The position numbers and the translations under genes are program-made. A stretch of 64,000 bases of DNA from Octopus sinensis. Lineage: Eukaryota. The notes under the pieces were generated by a model that was not told where the DNA came from, made no database searches, and was given only the letters and a program-made list of their open reading frames with translations. Positions within the stretch are counted from its first letter, which is position 1. Each line of letters begins with the position of its first letter. Location: assembly GCF_006345805.1 (NCBI RefSeq), contig NC_043025.1, positions 7,626,001 through 7,690,000 of the forward strand, read 5' to 3'. Shown piece after piece: positions 50,460-62,059 of the stretch.

Positions 50460-51110
50460 TCCATCCATCCCTCTCTCCATCCCTCCGTCCATCCCTCTAT
50501 CTATCCCTCCCTCCATCCCTCTATCTATCCCTCCCTCCATCCCTCTATCTATCCCTCCCTCCATCCCTCTATCTATCCCTCCCTCCATCCCTCTATCTAT
50601 CCCTCCCTCCATCCCTCTATCTATCCCTCCCTCCATCCCTCTCTCCATCCCTCTATCTATTCCTCCCTCCATCCCTCCCTCCATCCCTCTATCTATCCCT
50701 CCCTCCATCCCTCTATCTATCCCTCCCTCCATCCCTCTATCTATCCCTTCCTTCATCCCTCTATCTATCCCTCTCTCCATCCCTCTCTCCATCCCTCTCT
50801 CCATCCCTCTCTCCATCCCTCTCTCCATCCCTCTCTCCATCCCTCTCTCCATCCCTCTCTCCATCCCTCTCTCCATCCCTCTCTCCATCCCTCTCTCCAT
50901 CCCTCTCTCCATCCCTCTCTCCATCCCTCTATCTATCCCTCTCTCCATCCCTCTATCTATCCCTCTCTCCATCCCTCTATCTATCCCTCCCTCCATTCCT
51001 CCATCCCTCCATTCCTCCATCCATCCCTTCCTCCATCTCTCCCTCCCTCCCTCCATTCCTCTATCTATCTATCCTTCCCTCCATCCCTCCCCCCTCCATC
51101 CATCCATATA
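50460..51110. repeat. (CCATCCCTCTCT)-type purine/pyrimidine-asymmetric repeat
   Basis: Visible. Confidence 0.92.
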
Positions 51111-51681
51111 TATATATATATATATATATATATCATTGATTTCCATACTTTCATGGGTCTCCTTTTCTAGTGATCTTCCTATCCACTGCTCTTCCTCTGC
51201 ATCCCTCACTCTTGCTCTTCCTTTTTATCAACTTTGCTCTCCCTTTGCATCACTCTCCTTCTCTGTTGCTCTCCTCTTCTATCACTCTGTATAATGCTCT
51301 CCTTTTGTATCATGCTTTCTCTCCACTGCTCTTTCCTTGTCACTCTCCCCTTCATCATTATCCATCTCTCCTCTCTCTCTCTATAACTCTCTCCATCTCT
51401 TTCTTTCCCCCTCTTATCCTCAGTTCCATTGCTCTCCTTTATGACTCCCACTTTTCATTGCCCTCTCCATCATTATCCATTGCTCTCCTTTATCACTCCC
51501 ACTTTTCATCACCCTCCTCTCCATCATTATCCATTTCTCTCTTTATCTCATTGTCTCCATCTCTCTTTCTCCCACCCTCTTTTATCATTCTTGCTTTCCA
51601 TTGCTCTCCCCTTCCATCACTCTCCATCATAATACATCTCTCTCTCTCTCACTTCATCTCTCCCTCTATCGTTTATTCCAG

Positions 51682-51828
51682 GAGATGTCTCTAGCATCAA
51701 CGCAGAAGATGGTAGACTTTTTCTTTGAGCTCCTCCTACTGCTAAACAAGAGACGGGACAGTGAGATGTCCTCTGCCAATCTGTGTCGGGAATTGCAGCC
51801 ACGGCCTTTCATTTCTGAACACTTAACG
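51682..51828 (+). CDS. RCC1-repeat gene exon 16
   Basis: tccAG|GAG...ACG|GTaagt; EMSLASTQKMVDFFFELLLLLNKRRDSEMSSANLCRELQPRPFISEHLT. Confidence 0.85.
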
Positions 51829-51868
51829 GTAAGTAACATGGCGAAACCCTCAGGATTACCTTGTTGTT

Positions 51869-52585
51869 TTAGAAAAACGCAGACGCCGTGGTGATCTCAT
51901 TCTTACTCACAACATCATAAGCGGAAAGTGTAACCTCTCGAAAGAGCTGTTCTTCACTCCTGCTCGAGAGCATCGGCTGCGGGGGTCACTCCGAAAAGCT
52001 CTATCTGCGACGATTTAATCTCAATCGAAGGAGAGGGGCTTTCTCCGTCCCGGTTGCGGATCCATGGAATAAGCTGCCGGACGAGATAGTGAAGATGCCG
52101 ACGACTGCTCGGTTCAAAGTCTCTCTTGACCAGAAATGGCCTGAACTCTTTGAATGAACACCCTCCCTGTACATAACTCCATGTCTCCCTACATGGCCTT
52201 GCTTTTTGCTTTTTGAGCCAAAAAATTAACTTAACATACATACACACATTACATACATCATAAGCAGAAAGTGTAACCTCTCGAAAGAGCTGTTCTTCAC
52301 TCCTGCTCCAGAGTGTCAGCTGCGGGGGTCACTCCGAAAAGCTCTATCTGCGACGATTTCATCTCAATCGAAGGAGAGGGGCTTTCTCCGTCCCGGTTGC
52401 GGATCCGTGGAATAAGCTGCCGGACGAGATAGTGAAGATGCCGACGACTGCTCGGTTCAAAGTCTCTCTTGACCAGAAATGGCCTGAACTCTTTGAATGA
52501 ACACCCTCCCTGTACATAACTCCATGTCTCCCTACATGGCCTTGCGTTTTGCTTTTTGAGCCAAAAAATGAACTTAACTTAACTA
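51869..52585 (+). mobile_element. CR1-clade LINE 3' end, tandemly duplicated
   Basis: LEKRRRRGDLI..IISG..LRGH..L..RRGAFSVRVADPWNKLP..F; (TTAAC)n tails; second copy 52255-52585. Confidence 0.85.
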
Positions 52586-53510
52586 TCTCACCTTGGGCAG
52601 GTGTCTTCTACCATATCTCTTGATTGTGAGATGATGAGGACATGCTGTATGGTAGTATGGATATACTGTAGTGGTGGTGGTGTTAGTGTGCTAGTGAGGT
52701 AATGTGTGTGTGTAATGACATGTGGTGGTTGTGTGGTGTGCTGGTCGTAGTGATAATGATGTGTGGTAGTGTAGTGTGGTGGTGCTGACATGAGTGGTAG
52801 TTGTAGTGCGGTGCTTGTAGTAAGGTGGTGATGATGTGTGGTATAGTGGTGGTGACATATGTGGCAGTTGTAGTGTTGTGGTTGTAGTGTAGTGGTGGTG
52901 ACATATGTGGCAGTTGTAGTGTTGTGGTTGTAGTGTAGTGGTGGTGACATATGTGGCAGTTGTAGCGTTGTGGTTGTAGTGTAGTGGTGGTGACATATGT
53001 GGCAGTTGTAGTGTTGTGGTTGTAGTGTAGTGGTGGTGACATATGTGGCAGTTGTAGCGTTGTGGTTGTAGTGTAGTGGTGGTGACATATGTGGCAGTTG
53101 TAGTGTTGCAGTTGCGGTGGTTGTAGTGTGGTGGTGGTGACATATGTGGCAGTTGTAGTTTTGCGGTTGCGGTGTGGTGGTGGTGGTGACATATGTGGCA
53201 GTTGTAGTTTTGTGGTTGCGGTGGTTGTAGTGTAGTGGTGGTGACATATGTGGCAGTTGTAGTTTTGTGGTTGCGGTGGTTGTAGTGTAGTGGTGGTGAC
53301 ATATGTGGCAGTTGTAGTGTTGTAGTTGCGGTGGTTGTAGTGTGGTGGTGAGGACATATGAAGTGGTGGTATAGGTGTGTTGGACATATTTTGTAATGGA
53401 AACATGTTGTCGAAGCATGCGATGTACGTTGCAGTGGTAGTAATGATTTACAGTATGGGAGGTAGTATGTGACTACACCTTTTATTACTTTGTCTTTCTA
53501 AACATTTCAG

Positions 53511-53644
53511 TTTGCAGAAGAGATGGCCACAAAATCTGAATCTTTCCTGTCACTTCAGCCGTCTTTTATTGGATGTGGGAATGGTTATGTAGCCATGGTG
53601 CGCAACGGTGACCTCTACACCTGGGGAAAGTCCAACTCTGGTTG
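53511..53644 (+). CDS. RCC1-repeat gene exon 17 (RCC1 domain begins)
   Basis: ttcAG|TTT...GGT TG|GTaagt; FAEEMATKSESFLSLQPSFIGCGNGYVAMVRNGDLYTWGKSNSG; RCC1-type G..YTWG. Confidence 0.9.
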
Positions 53645-53893
53645 GTAAGTAACTCTTGAAAATTCTTGCAACTTTGGTGCTGCCGTATCTGTGATACCCC
53701 ACTGCACCATGGTTGAAGATCTCTGCCTTCATTTTATTGTTAACGGTGGTGCACGGGTAAAACGTACTAAAATGTTCCTAGTTTTAAAGGTATTGTGAAA
53801 GGCCTGATTGAGGGCCCAACTTTCCGAGTTCTTTTACAGAGCTTAGAAAAACTGAGACTGCTGCAATAAGTGTGTGAATCTGAGAGGGGAATA

Positions 53894-54287
53894 TCTTTAT
53901 ATATAAAAGAAAGGTTGTGTGCTGTCTCCTACGATTTAGATTCCTAACTACTCCCACATTTTGCGGTGCAGTTTAACCAAAACCGGGTATCTTATAGTCG
54001 TGATTCATATCAAGCCCTTCTGGGTATTAGCGTGCGTCTACGATGAGTCTACGATTTTAAAAATAATTTACCATAATTTCTTTCCATTTTAATGCATATT
54101 TTTTTTAAATATAAGGGAAGTAATTCTCTAAAAATGTCTACGATGAGTCAACGATTTAAAAAAAAATTTACCATAATTTTTTTTCCATTTTTAATGCATT
54201 TTTTGCTACTTTTTTGCTATAACTCTCTAAAAATGCTTTATAGTTACTTCCCTTACAAACCCGAGCAACGCCGGGCGATACTGCTAG
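53894..54287 (+). mobile_element. Non-autonomous Helitron-like element
   Basis: A|TCTTTATATATAAAAG...CCCGAGCAACGCCGGG hairpin...CTAG|T; near-identical copy at 59114-59515. Confidence 0.85.
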
Positions 54288-54377
54288 TGTTCAATAAAAT
54301 CATTATTAACTGGGCCTCCTGTATTTGTTTTTACTCAAAGCCAGGAATTTTTCACCATCTCTTTATATATATATATA

Positions 54378-54884
54378 CTAGCAGTATCGCCCGGCGTTGC
54401 TCGGGTTTGTAAGGGAAATAACTATATAAGCATTTTTAGAGAGTTACTTCCCTTATAAATTCGGGCTTTCTTAGCCATTTTTGTTTTGGTGTCTTCAAGC
54501 CATGAAGTCGTTGTTCTAAAAGAACGCTGGTCTCCTTCACAACGCATTACGACGTTGATTTCTTTACACTCCCTTCCCCACAGCTTCACGAGGGAGGGAA
54601 GGGGGAGAAGCAAACAGGTGCAGCTGTGAGCGTGGACGCCAACTCCGCCGCCATCGACATACGATGCATTTTATGCATTAAAATGGAATAAAAAAATGAT
54701 GTTAAATTATTTTTAAAATCGTAGACTCATCGTTGACGCGCGCTAATAGTCAGACGGGCTCGATATGAATCACGACTATAAGATACCCGAATTTGGTTAA
54801 ACTGCACCGCAAAATGTGGGAGTAGTTAGGAATCTAAATCGAAGGGGACAGACACTCACACAACTAGAGTTTTATATATATAGA
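54378..54884 (-). mobile_element. Non-autonomous Helitron-like element
   Basis: Same termini and hairpin in reverse; partly shared interior. Confidence 0.85.
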
Positions 54885-55292
54885 TATCTCATCATTTATC
54901 ATCCATTTTCCATGCTGACATGGGTTGGATGGTTTGACAGGAGCTGGCAAACTGGACTGTGCCAAACTCTATGGTCTGTGGTTGGATGCTTTTCTAATTC
55001 CAATGACTTGACATGTACTGGGTGCTTTTCTTGTGGCACCAGCACTGGTGAGGTCACCAAGTAACTTGCAGGACCCTTTGATTGGGAGCTGAAGTAGTAT
55101 TGAAAGAGGAGGCTTTGTGCCAGTTGATGAGGGGTTAAAGTATAATAGAGGGAACAGAGATAAGTGTCTTGCTGTAGAAATCCATGGCAAGCCCAAGAAA
55201 GGGGAGAGAGAATGATGGCTGGAGATATGTCGGGGCATACCCTCAATGTATAGTTATTTATTTTTCTTTTTCATTTTCTTTCATGTCCATAG

Positions 55293-55428
55293 CCTTGGCC
55301 ATGGAGACCTGACGTCTGAGGATACTGTGATGCCTGTCAGCCGTGTGGAGACCCTTCACATGTTGAAGATATGTGTGACTAGTGTCACCTGTGGCGGTGA
55401 ACACATCTTAGCCCTCAGCTCTCAAGGG
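55293..55428 (+). CDS. RCC1-repeat gene exon 18
   Basis: catAG|C CTT...GGG|GTaagg; CLGHGDLTSEDTVMPVSRVETLHMLKICVTSVTCGGEHILALSSQG; RCC1 repeat. Confidence 0.93.
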
Positions 55429-55852
55429 GTAAGGACGACTTTTACTTTACTTGTTTTTTCTGCTTTTTTGATTTTACGAACCTGGAGCCATGTGGTTGGG
55501 AAGCTTCTTACTATATGTGGTTTGAGGTCTGATTTAGCAGACATATGATGAAAGGCCTTCCAGCTGTGACCATCTAGTCTTCTTGTGGACATAATGTATG
55601 GACACTGGAATATGTCTATTCTTTAAGAGACTACAATGTGATTTGACGTCTGCTTTAGCAGCCCTTTTATGAAAATGTCCATTACAGGCGCAGGAGTGGC
55701 TGTGTGGTAAGTAGCTTGCTTACGAACCACATGGTTCCGGGTTCAGTCCCACTGCGTGGCACCTTATGGCAAGTGTCTTCTCCTATAGCCTCGGGCCGAC
55801 CAAAGCCTTGTGAGTGGATTTGGTAGATGGAAACTGAAAGAAGCCCGTCGTA

Positions 55853-55902
<50 letters not shown>

Positions 55903-56065
55903 CGCAGGAGTGGCTGTGTGGTAAGTAGCTTGCTAACCAACCACATGGTTCTGGGTTCAGTCCCACTGCATGACATCTTGGGTAAGTGTCTTCTGCTATA
56001 GCCCCGGGCCGACCAATGCCTTGTGAGTGGATTTGGTAGACGGAAACTGAAAGAAGCCCATCGTA

Positions 56066-56121
<56 letters not shown>

Positions 56122-56472
56122 TGTGTGTGTTTGTGTATCTGTGTTTGTTCCCCTAGCATTGCTTGACAACTGATGCTGGCGTGTTTACGTCCCCGTCACT
56201 TAGCGGTTCGGCGAAAAGAGACCGATAGAATAAGTACTGGGCTTACAAAAAGAATAAGTCCTGGGGTCGAGTTGCTCGACTAAAAAAGGCGGTGCTCCAG
56301 CATGGCCGCAGTCAAATGACTGAAACAAGTAAAAGAGTAAAGAGAGTATTCATCCCCCCCCATCATCGCTTGACACCTGGTGTCAATATGTTTATCTTCT
56401 TCGAGAAGCTCCCTCATTGGTTTATTATTGATCTTCTTGCTGCTGTCATTAAGGTGTCATTCTCTTTTATAG

Positions 56473-56630
56473 GTATACAGCTGGGGATCTTCCAAATATG
56501 GCCAGGTTGGTGTTGGTACCTATCATCACTACTACACTCGACCAATGCTTGTGGAGAGTCTGTCCTCAGAGTGTTGTGTCAGTTTGGTCTGTGGACAATA
56601 CCATTCAGTTGCGTTGACCAACGATGGCAA
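56473..56630 (+). CDS. RCC1-repeat gene exon 19
   Basis: tatAG|GTA...AA|GTgagt; VYSWGSSKYGQVGVGTYHHYYTRPMLVESLSSECCVSLVCGQYHSVALTNDG; RCC1 repeat (frame not in ORF track). Confidence 0.94.
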
Positions 56631-56809
56631 GTGAGTAGCTGTTTTAATTCTTGTTGTTGTTGTTGTTGTTTTATCCTTTTATTTGTTTGACTGTGGCCAT
56701 GCTGGAGCACCTCCTTGAAGTGTTTTTGTTAAGCAATTTGACCGCAGTCGGCTGGGTCATGCCCTCCGTCGTTCGTCAACCAGGAGAATTCATCTACGAA
56801 GCAATTGCC

Positions 56810-57785
56810 CCAGCTCCCCTTCAGGGTTGGTGAAAGCGATGTGGTGGACTATGAAAAACCTGGCTGATGACAGGAACCCAATCTTCGAAGCAATTGCCCC
56901 AGCTCCCCTTCAGGGTTGGTGAAAGCGATGTGGTGGACAACGAAAAACCTGGCTGATCTGGAACCCAACCTACGAAGCAATTGCCCCAGCTCCCCTTCAG
57001 GGTTGGCAAAAGCGATGTGGTGGACAACGAAAAACCTGGCTGATGACAGTCAAGGCTGATCTGGAACCCAACCTACGAAGCAATTGCTCCAGATCCCCTT
57101 CAGGGTTGGCAAAAGCGATGTGGTGGACAACGAAAAACCTGGCTGATGACAGTCAAGGCTGATCTGGAACCCAACCTACGAAGCAATTGCCCCAGCTCCC
57201 CTTCAGGGTTGGTGAAAGCGATGTGGTGGACAACGAAAAACCTGGCTGTTGACAGTCAAGGCTGATCTGGAACCCAACCTACGAAGCAATTGCCCCAGCT
57301 CCCCTTCAGGGTTGGTGAAAGTGATGTGGTGGACAACGAAAAACCTGGCTGTTGACAGTCAAGGCTGATCTGGAACCCAACCTACGAAGCAATTGCCCCA
57401 GCTCCCCTTCAGGGTTGGTGAAAGCGATGTGGTGGACAACGAAAAACCTGGCTGTTGACAGTCAAGGCTGATCTGGAACCCAACCTACGAAGCAATTGCC
57501 CCAGCTCCCCTTCAAGGTTGGTGAAAGCGATGTGGTGGACAACGAAAAACCTGGCTGATGACAGTCAAGGCTGATCTGGAACCCAACCTACGAAGCAATT
57601 GCCCCAGCTCCCCTTCAAGGTTGGTGAAAGCGATGTAGTGGACAACAAAAAACCTGGCTGTTGACAGTCAAGGCTGATCTGGAACCCAACCTATGAAGCA
57701 ATTGCCTTCAGGGTTGGTGAAAGCGATGTGGTGGACAACGAAAAACCTGGCTGATGACAGTCAAGGCTGATCTGGAACCCAACCT
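56810..57785 (+). repeat. 103-bp tandem array (about 9 units)
   Basis: ctggaaccca recurs at 57061, 57164, 57267 etc. Confidence 0.93.
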
Positions 57786-58398
57786 AGGCCCCCATGTCTA
57801 TGGCATTCACTGCTGGAATAGGGAATGGTTGGAGATTAAGTGGTCGTTAGCCTCAAATCGCCAGGCCTAGTCAGCGTTTGTGAGAGATGCAGCATTGAGG
57901 ATGAATGAAGCCAGCTCAACCCACCCTGGGTGAATGCTGTCTCAAGACAAGACAAGAAGGACTTACTTTTTAAGTTCTGGTAATTTTTCTATCGGTCTCT
58001 TTGCCGAACTGTTAAGTTACAGGGATGTAAACACACTAAAACCACTTGTCAAGCTATGATGGTGGGGGACATACACACAAAAATACATGCATGCACGCAC
58101 ATATGTACACACGTGTATGGGACAGGCTTCTTTCAGTTTCTGTCTACCAAATCCACTGACAAGATTGGCTTGAGGCTACAGTCAAAAATGCAGTAAATTT
58201 CAATTCATTGTGACCGCCATAGGCGTAGGAGTGGCTGTGTGGTAAGTAGCTTGCTAACCAACCACATGGTTCCAGGTTCAGTCCCACTGCGTGGCACCTT
58301 GGGCAAGTGTCTTCTACTATAGCCTTGGGCTGACCAAAGCGTTGTAAGTGGATTTGGTAGTCGGAAACTGAAAGAAGCCCGTTGTATATATGTATATA

Positions 58399-58829
58399 CT
58401 AGCAGCATAGCCCGGCGTTGCCCGGGTATGTAAGAGCCCCTTGTAGGCAACGACTAATCCCAATCTAGTCCTTTCCCTCTAGGGAACGAAGGCGCATGTG
58501 TAGGTTGCAATGTCTTCTCTTCACTCGAATACTTCTGTGTATACGATGTTCCTAGCTGTCCCTTTGGGCGATAAAAAGGTCGAGTTGTGTCCCCTAGACA
58601 GAAAATGTGTTGCATATAAAAAGCTTAGATTCTCGACCCCATGTCGAATTTATCGATTTTTTCAGAACTGGGGGAACTTTTCAAAATTTTCACTGCGTTA
58701 GTTTTGAATTATGACATTGGGCTATGTGTGTGTCAAGTTTCATCAGAATCGGTTGAAAGCCGTGGTCAGGGTGAGGGTACAACCTGACAGACACACAGAC
58801 AGACAAACTGCCGTTTATATAGAGAGAGA
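58399..58829 (-). mobile_element. Helitron-like element nested in a family A SINE
   Basis: CTAG...CCCGGCGTTGCCCGGG terminus; the SINE halves flank it on both sides. Confidence 0.8.
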
Positions 58830-59602
58830 TATATGTGTATGTGTATATGTTTGTGTGTCTGTGTTTGTCCCCGCCAACATCGCTTGACAACCGATGCTGG
58901 TGTATTTACGTCCCCGTAACTTAGCGGCTCGGCAAAAGAGACCGATAAAATAAGTACTGGGCTTACAAAGAATAAGTCCTGGGGTCGATTTGCTCGACTA
59001 AAAGGTGGTGCTCCAGCATGGCCACAGTTAAATGACTGAAACAAGTAAAAGAGTAAAGAGTGAAGAGTCATATTTAAAAACAGTATAATAGCCAGGAAAT
59101 AAAGCAATATTTATCTTTATATATAAAAGGGAGGTTGTGTGCTGTCTGTCTCCTACGATTTAGATTCCTAACTACTCCCACATTTTGCGGTGCAGTTTAA
59201 CCAAAACCGGGTATCTTATAGTCGTGATTCATATCGAGCCCTTCTGGGTATTAGCGTGCATCTACGATGAGTCTACGATTTAAAAAAAAATTTACCATCA
59301 TTTTTTTCCATTTTAATGCATTTTTTTCGCTATTATATAAGGGAAGTAACTCTCTAAAAATGTGTACGATGAGTCAACGATTTAAAAAAAATTTTACCAT
59401 AATTTTTTTTCCATTTTTAATGCATTTTTTTGCTATTTTTTGGCTATAACTCTCTAAAAATGTTTATATAGTTATTTCCCTTACAAACCCGAGCAACGCC
59501 GGGCGATACTGCTAGTTTTGTATAACTTTCTGGTTCCCCTTCATAGAAACGACTGATTAATTCTAATTTCTTCTTTGTGTTTCTTGTTGTTCCCTACTCT
59601 AG

Positions 59603-59762
59603 GGTGTTCACATGGGGTTGGGGTGTTCACGGACAGCTTGGTCACGGTGATGCTGAAAACCAGTCCATCCCCAAGCTGGTCAGCTGTCTACCTACGGCCA
59701 AAGAGATCCGGACAATACAATTGGCTGCAGGTTATGCACACACAATGGTGCTTAGTCAACAG
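59603..59762 (+). CDS. RCC1-repeat gene exon 20
   Basis: tctAG|G GTG...CAG|GTgagt; KVFTWGWGVHGQLGHGDAENQSIPKLVSCLPTAKEIRTIQLAAGYAHTMVLSQQ; RCC1 repeat. Confidence 0.95.
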
Positions 59763-59809
59763 GTGAGTTAATTTTGTTTTATACAGGAGCGGGCTGGGAG
59801 AGTCTTGAT

Positions 59810-61075
59810 GATGGTGATATTGGTAGTATCAGTGGTGGTGGTGGTGGTGGTAGTGGTGATGATGTCAGTGGTGGTTGCGGTGGTGGTAATGCATGTGATG
59901 GTGCTAGCAATGGTGGTGATGGGTTGTTGGTAGTGGTGGTGGTAGCAGTGGGTGAGGGCGCGTGGCTTAGTGGTTAGGGCATTCGGCTCATGATCGTAAG
60001 GTTGTGAGTTCGATTCCCGGCGACGCGTTGTGTCCTTGAGCAAGACACTTTATTTCACGTTGCTCCAGTCCACTCAGCTGGCAAAAATGAGTTGTACTTG
60101 TATTTCAAAGGGTCAGCCTTGTCACTCTCTGTGTCACGCTGATTATCCCCGAGAACTACGTTAAGGGTACACGTGTCTGTGGAATGCTCAGCCATTTGCA
60201 CGTTAATTTCACGAGCAAGCTGTTCCGTTGATCGGATCAGCTGGGACCCTCGTCGTCGTAACCGGCAGAGTCTTTAAAAAGGTAGCAGTGGTGGTGTTGG
60301 TGATGGCAGTAGCTGTAGTGGTGGTGGGGATGTTAGTGGTGGTGATGTTTGTGGTGGTGATGTTTGGTTGTTGGTGGGTGCAGCAATGCTGGGGGTGGTG
60401 GTGGTGGTGATGCTGTTGTTGGTTGTGGTAGTGGTGATGATGTCAGTGGTGGTTGCGGTGGTGGTAATGCATGTAATGGTGCTAGCAATGGTGGTGATGG
60501 GTTGTTGGTAGTGGTGGTGTTGGTGATGGCAGTAGCTGTAGTGGTGGTGATGTTTGGTTGTTGGTGGGTGCAGCAATGCTGGGGGTGGTAGCGATGTTGG
60601 TGATGGCAGTGGTGGTGGTGGTGGTGATGCTGTTGTTGGTTGTGGTAGTGGTGATGATGTCAGTGGTGGTTGCGGTGGTGGTAATGCATGTGATGGTGCT
60701 AGCAATGGTGGTGATGGGTTATTGGTAGTGGTGGTGTTGGTGATGGCAGTAGCTGTAGTGGTGGTGGGGATGTTAGTGGTGGTGATGTTTGGTTGTTGGG
60801 GGGTGCAGCAATGCTGGGGGTGGTAGCGATGTTGGTGATGGCAGTGGTGTAGGTGGTGGTGGTGATGCTGTTGTGGTAGTGGTGATGATGTCTGGTGGTT
60901 GCGGTGGTGGTAATGTATGTGATGGTGCTAGCAATGGTGGTGATGGGTTGTTGGTAGTGGTGGTGGTGTTGGTGATGGCAGTAGCTGTAGTGGTGGTGAT
61001 GTTTGGTTGTTGGTGGGTGTAGCAATGCTGGGGGTGGTAGCGATGTTGGTGATGGCAGTGGTAGTGGTGTTGTAT
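59810..61075. repeat. GGT/GAT-rich minisatellite (about 190-bp higher-order units)
   Basis: Recurring gatgtcagtggtggttgcggtggtggtaatgcatg..gctagcaatgg. Confidence 0.88.
59952..60280 (+). mobile_element. tRNA-derived CORE-like SINE with target-site duplication
   Basis: GGCGCGTGGCTTAGTGGTTAG/GAGTTCGATTCC boxes, GTGTCCTTGAGCAAGACACTT core; GGTAGCAGTGG at 59941-59951 and 60281-60291. Confidence 0.85.
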
Positions 61076-61341
61076 GTTGTGGTTGAGAAATACAGTGAGA
61101 GTGAGAGAGCAAAAGTGTGTGCGAAAGATATAGGTAGTGTTGTCACCATAGTAACTGACAAGACTTTCATGATATAGCAGTCTACTATTAAAAGAAGGAA
61201 TGTGCACTATTAACAAATAATTTTACTGGGGTCATAGCAATGGTTAAACACCCAGTGTAAATTAAAAACAAACAATCTAACCCCTATAATTTTCTTTTCC
61301 CTTTATTACCACAATCCATTTCCATTCTTTGCATTATCCAG

Positions 61342-61473
61342 GGAGATGTCTATAGTTTCGGATGTGGCTACTTTGGACAGCTCGGACTTGGCCAGAGGCA
61401 AAAGAAATCAGTACCAAGTCATATAACCTTGCCAGAAAAGATCTCATACATTGCTGCTAACTTCTTCAGCTCG
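61342..61473 (+). CDS. RCC1-repeat gene exon 21 (gene continues beyond window)
   Basis: tccAG|GGA...TCG|GTcagt; GDVYSFGCGYFGQLGLGQRQKKSVPSHITLPEKISYIAANFFSS; no stop codon reached. Confidence 0.93.
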
Positions 61474-62026
61474 GTCAGTATTATAATGTACATATATGTA
61501 GTCTGTCTGTGTGTTTTCTATGTTGCATATCTTTTTCTTGTTTCAGTCATTGAATTGTGGCCATGCTGGGGCACCATTTTGATGGGTTAATTCATACAAA
61601 TTGAATCCAGTACTTACTCTTTTACTCTTTTTCTTGTTTCAGTCAATGCTTGAAAGGTGCTCCGTACGTGCCAGTTATGACACGAGCATCAGCCATGACT
61701 ACAATTTCACTTGGCTTGACAAGGTCTTGGCACATAAGAAGCACCCAGCGCACTCTGTTAAGTGTTTGGCATTGGAGAGGACATCCAGCTACGGAAGCTG
61801 TGTTACAACAGACAATTGGAGTCTGGATAGTTTCCAGCTGGCCAGACCCATGTCAAACTGTCCAATCTATGCCAGCATAGAAAGTGGACGTTAAACGATG
61901 ATGATATGTCGTGTGTATGTGTATACCAACATATATACATGCACAAACACACACACTCACACGTCTTTTTAAGAAGCTCATGTACAAAAATTAAGCTTTA
62001 AATGAACAAATATTGAATATCTCAGG

Positions 62027-62059
<33 letters not shown>

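Noticed and set aside
49228-53418. 200-297-aa His/Thr/Pro-rich ORFs (49228-50159, 50277-51170, 52588-53418)
   Set aside because: Minisatellite translations open in all three frames; only the 64-nt exon 15 within them is supported
56810-57785. Regular arrays resembling CRISPR (also the 19-bp array at 40500)
   Set aside because: No unique spacers between repeats, no cas genes, eukaryotic intron context
59955-60030. tRNA gene candidates (here and in heads of families A and B)
   Set aside because: A/B boxes present but the acceptor stem is broken and each continues into SINE body and tail
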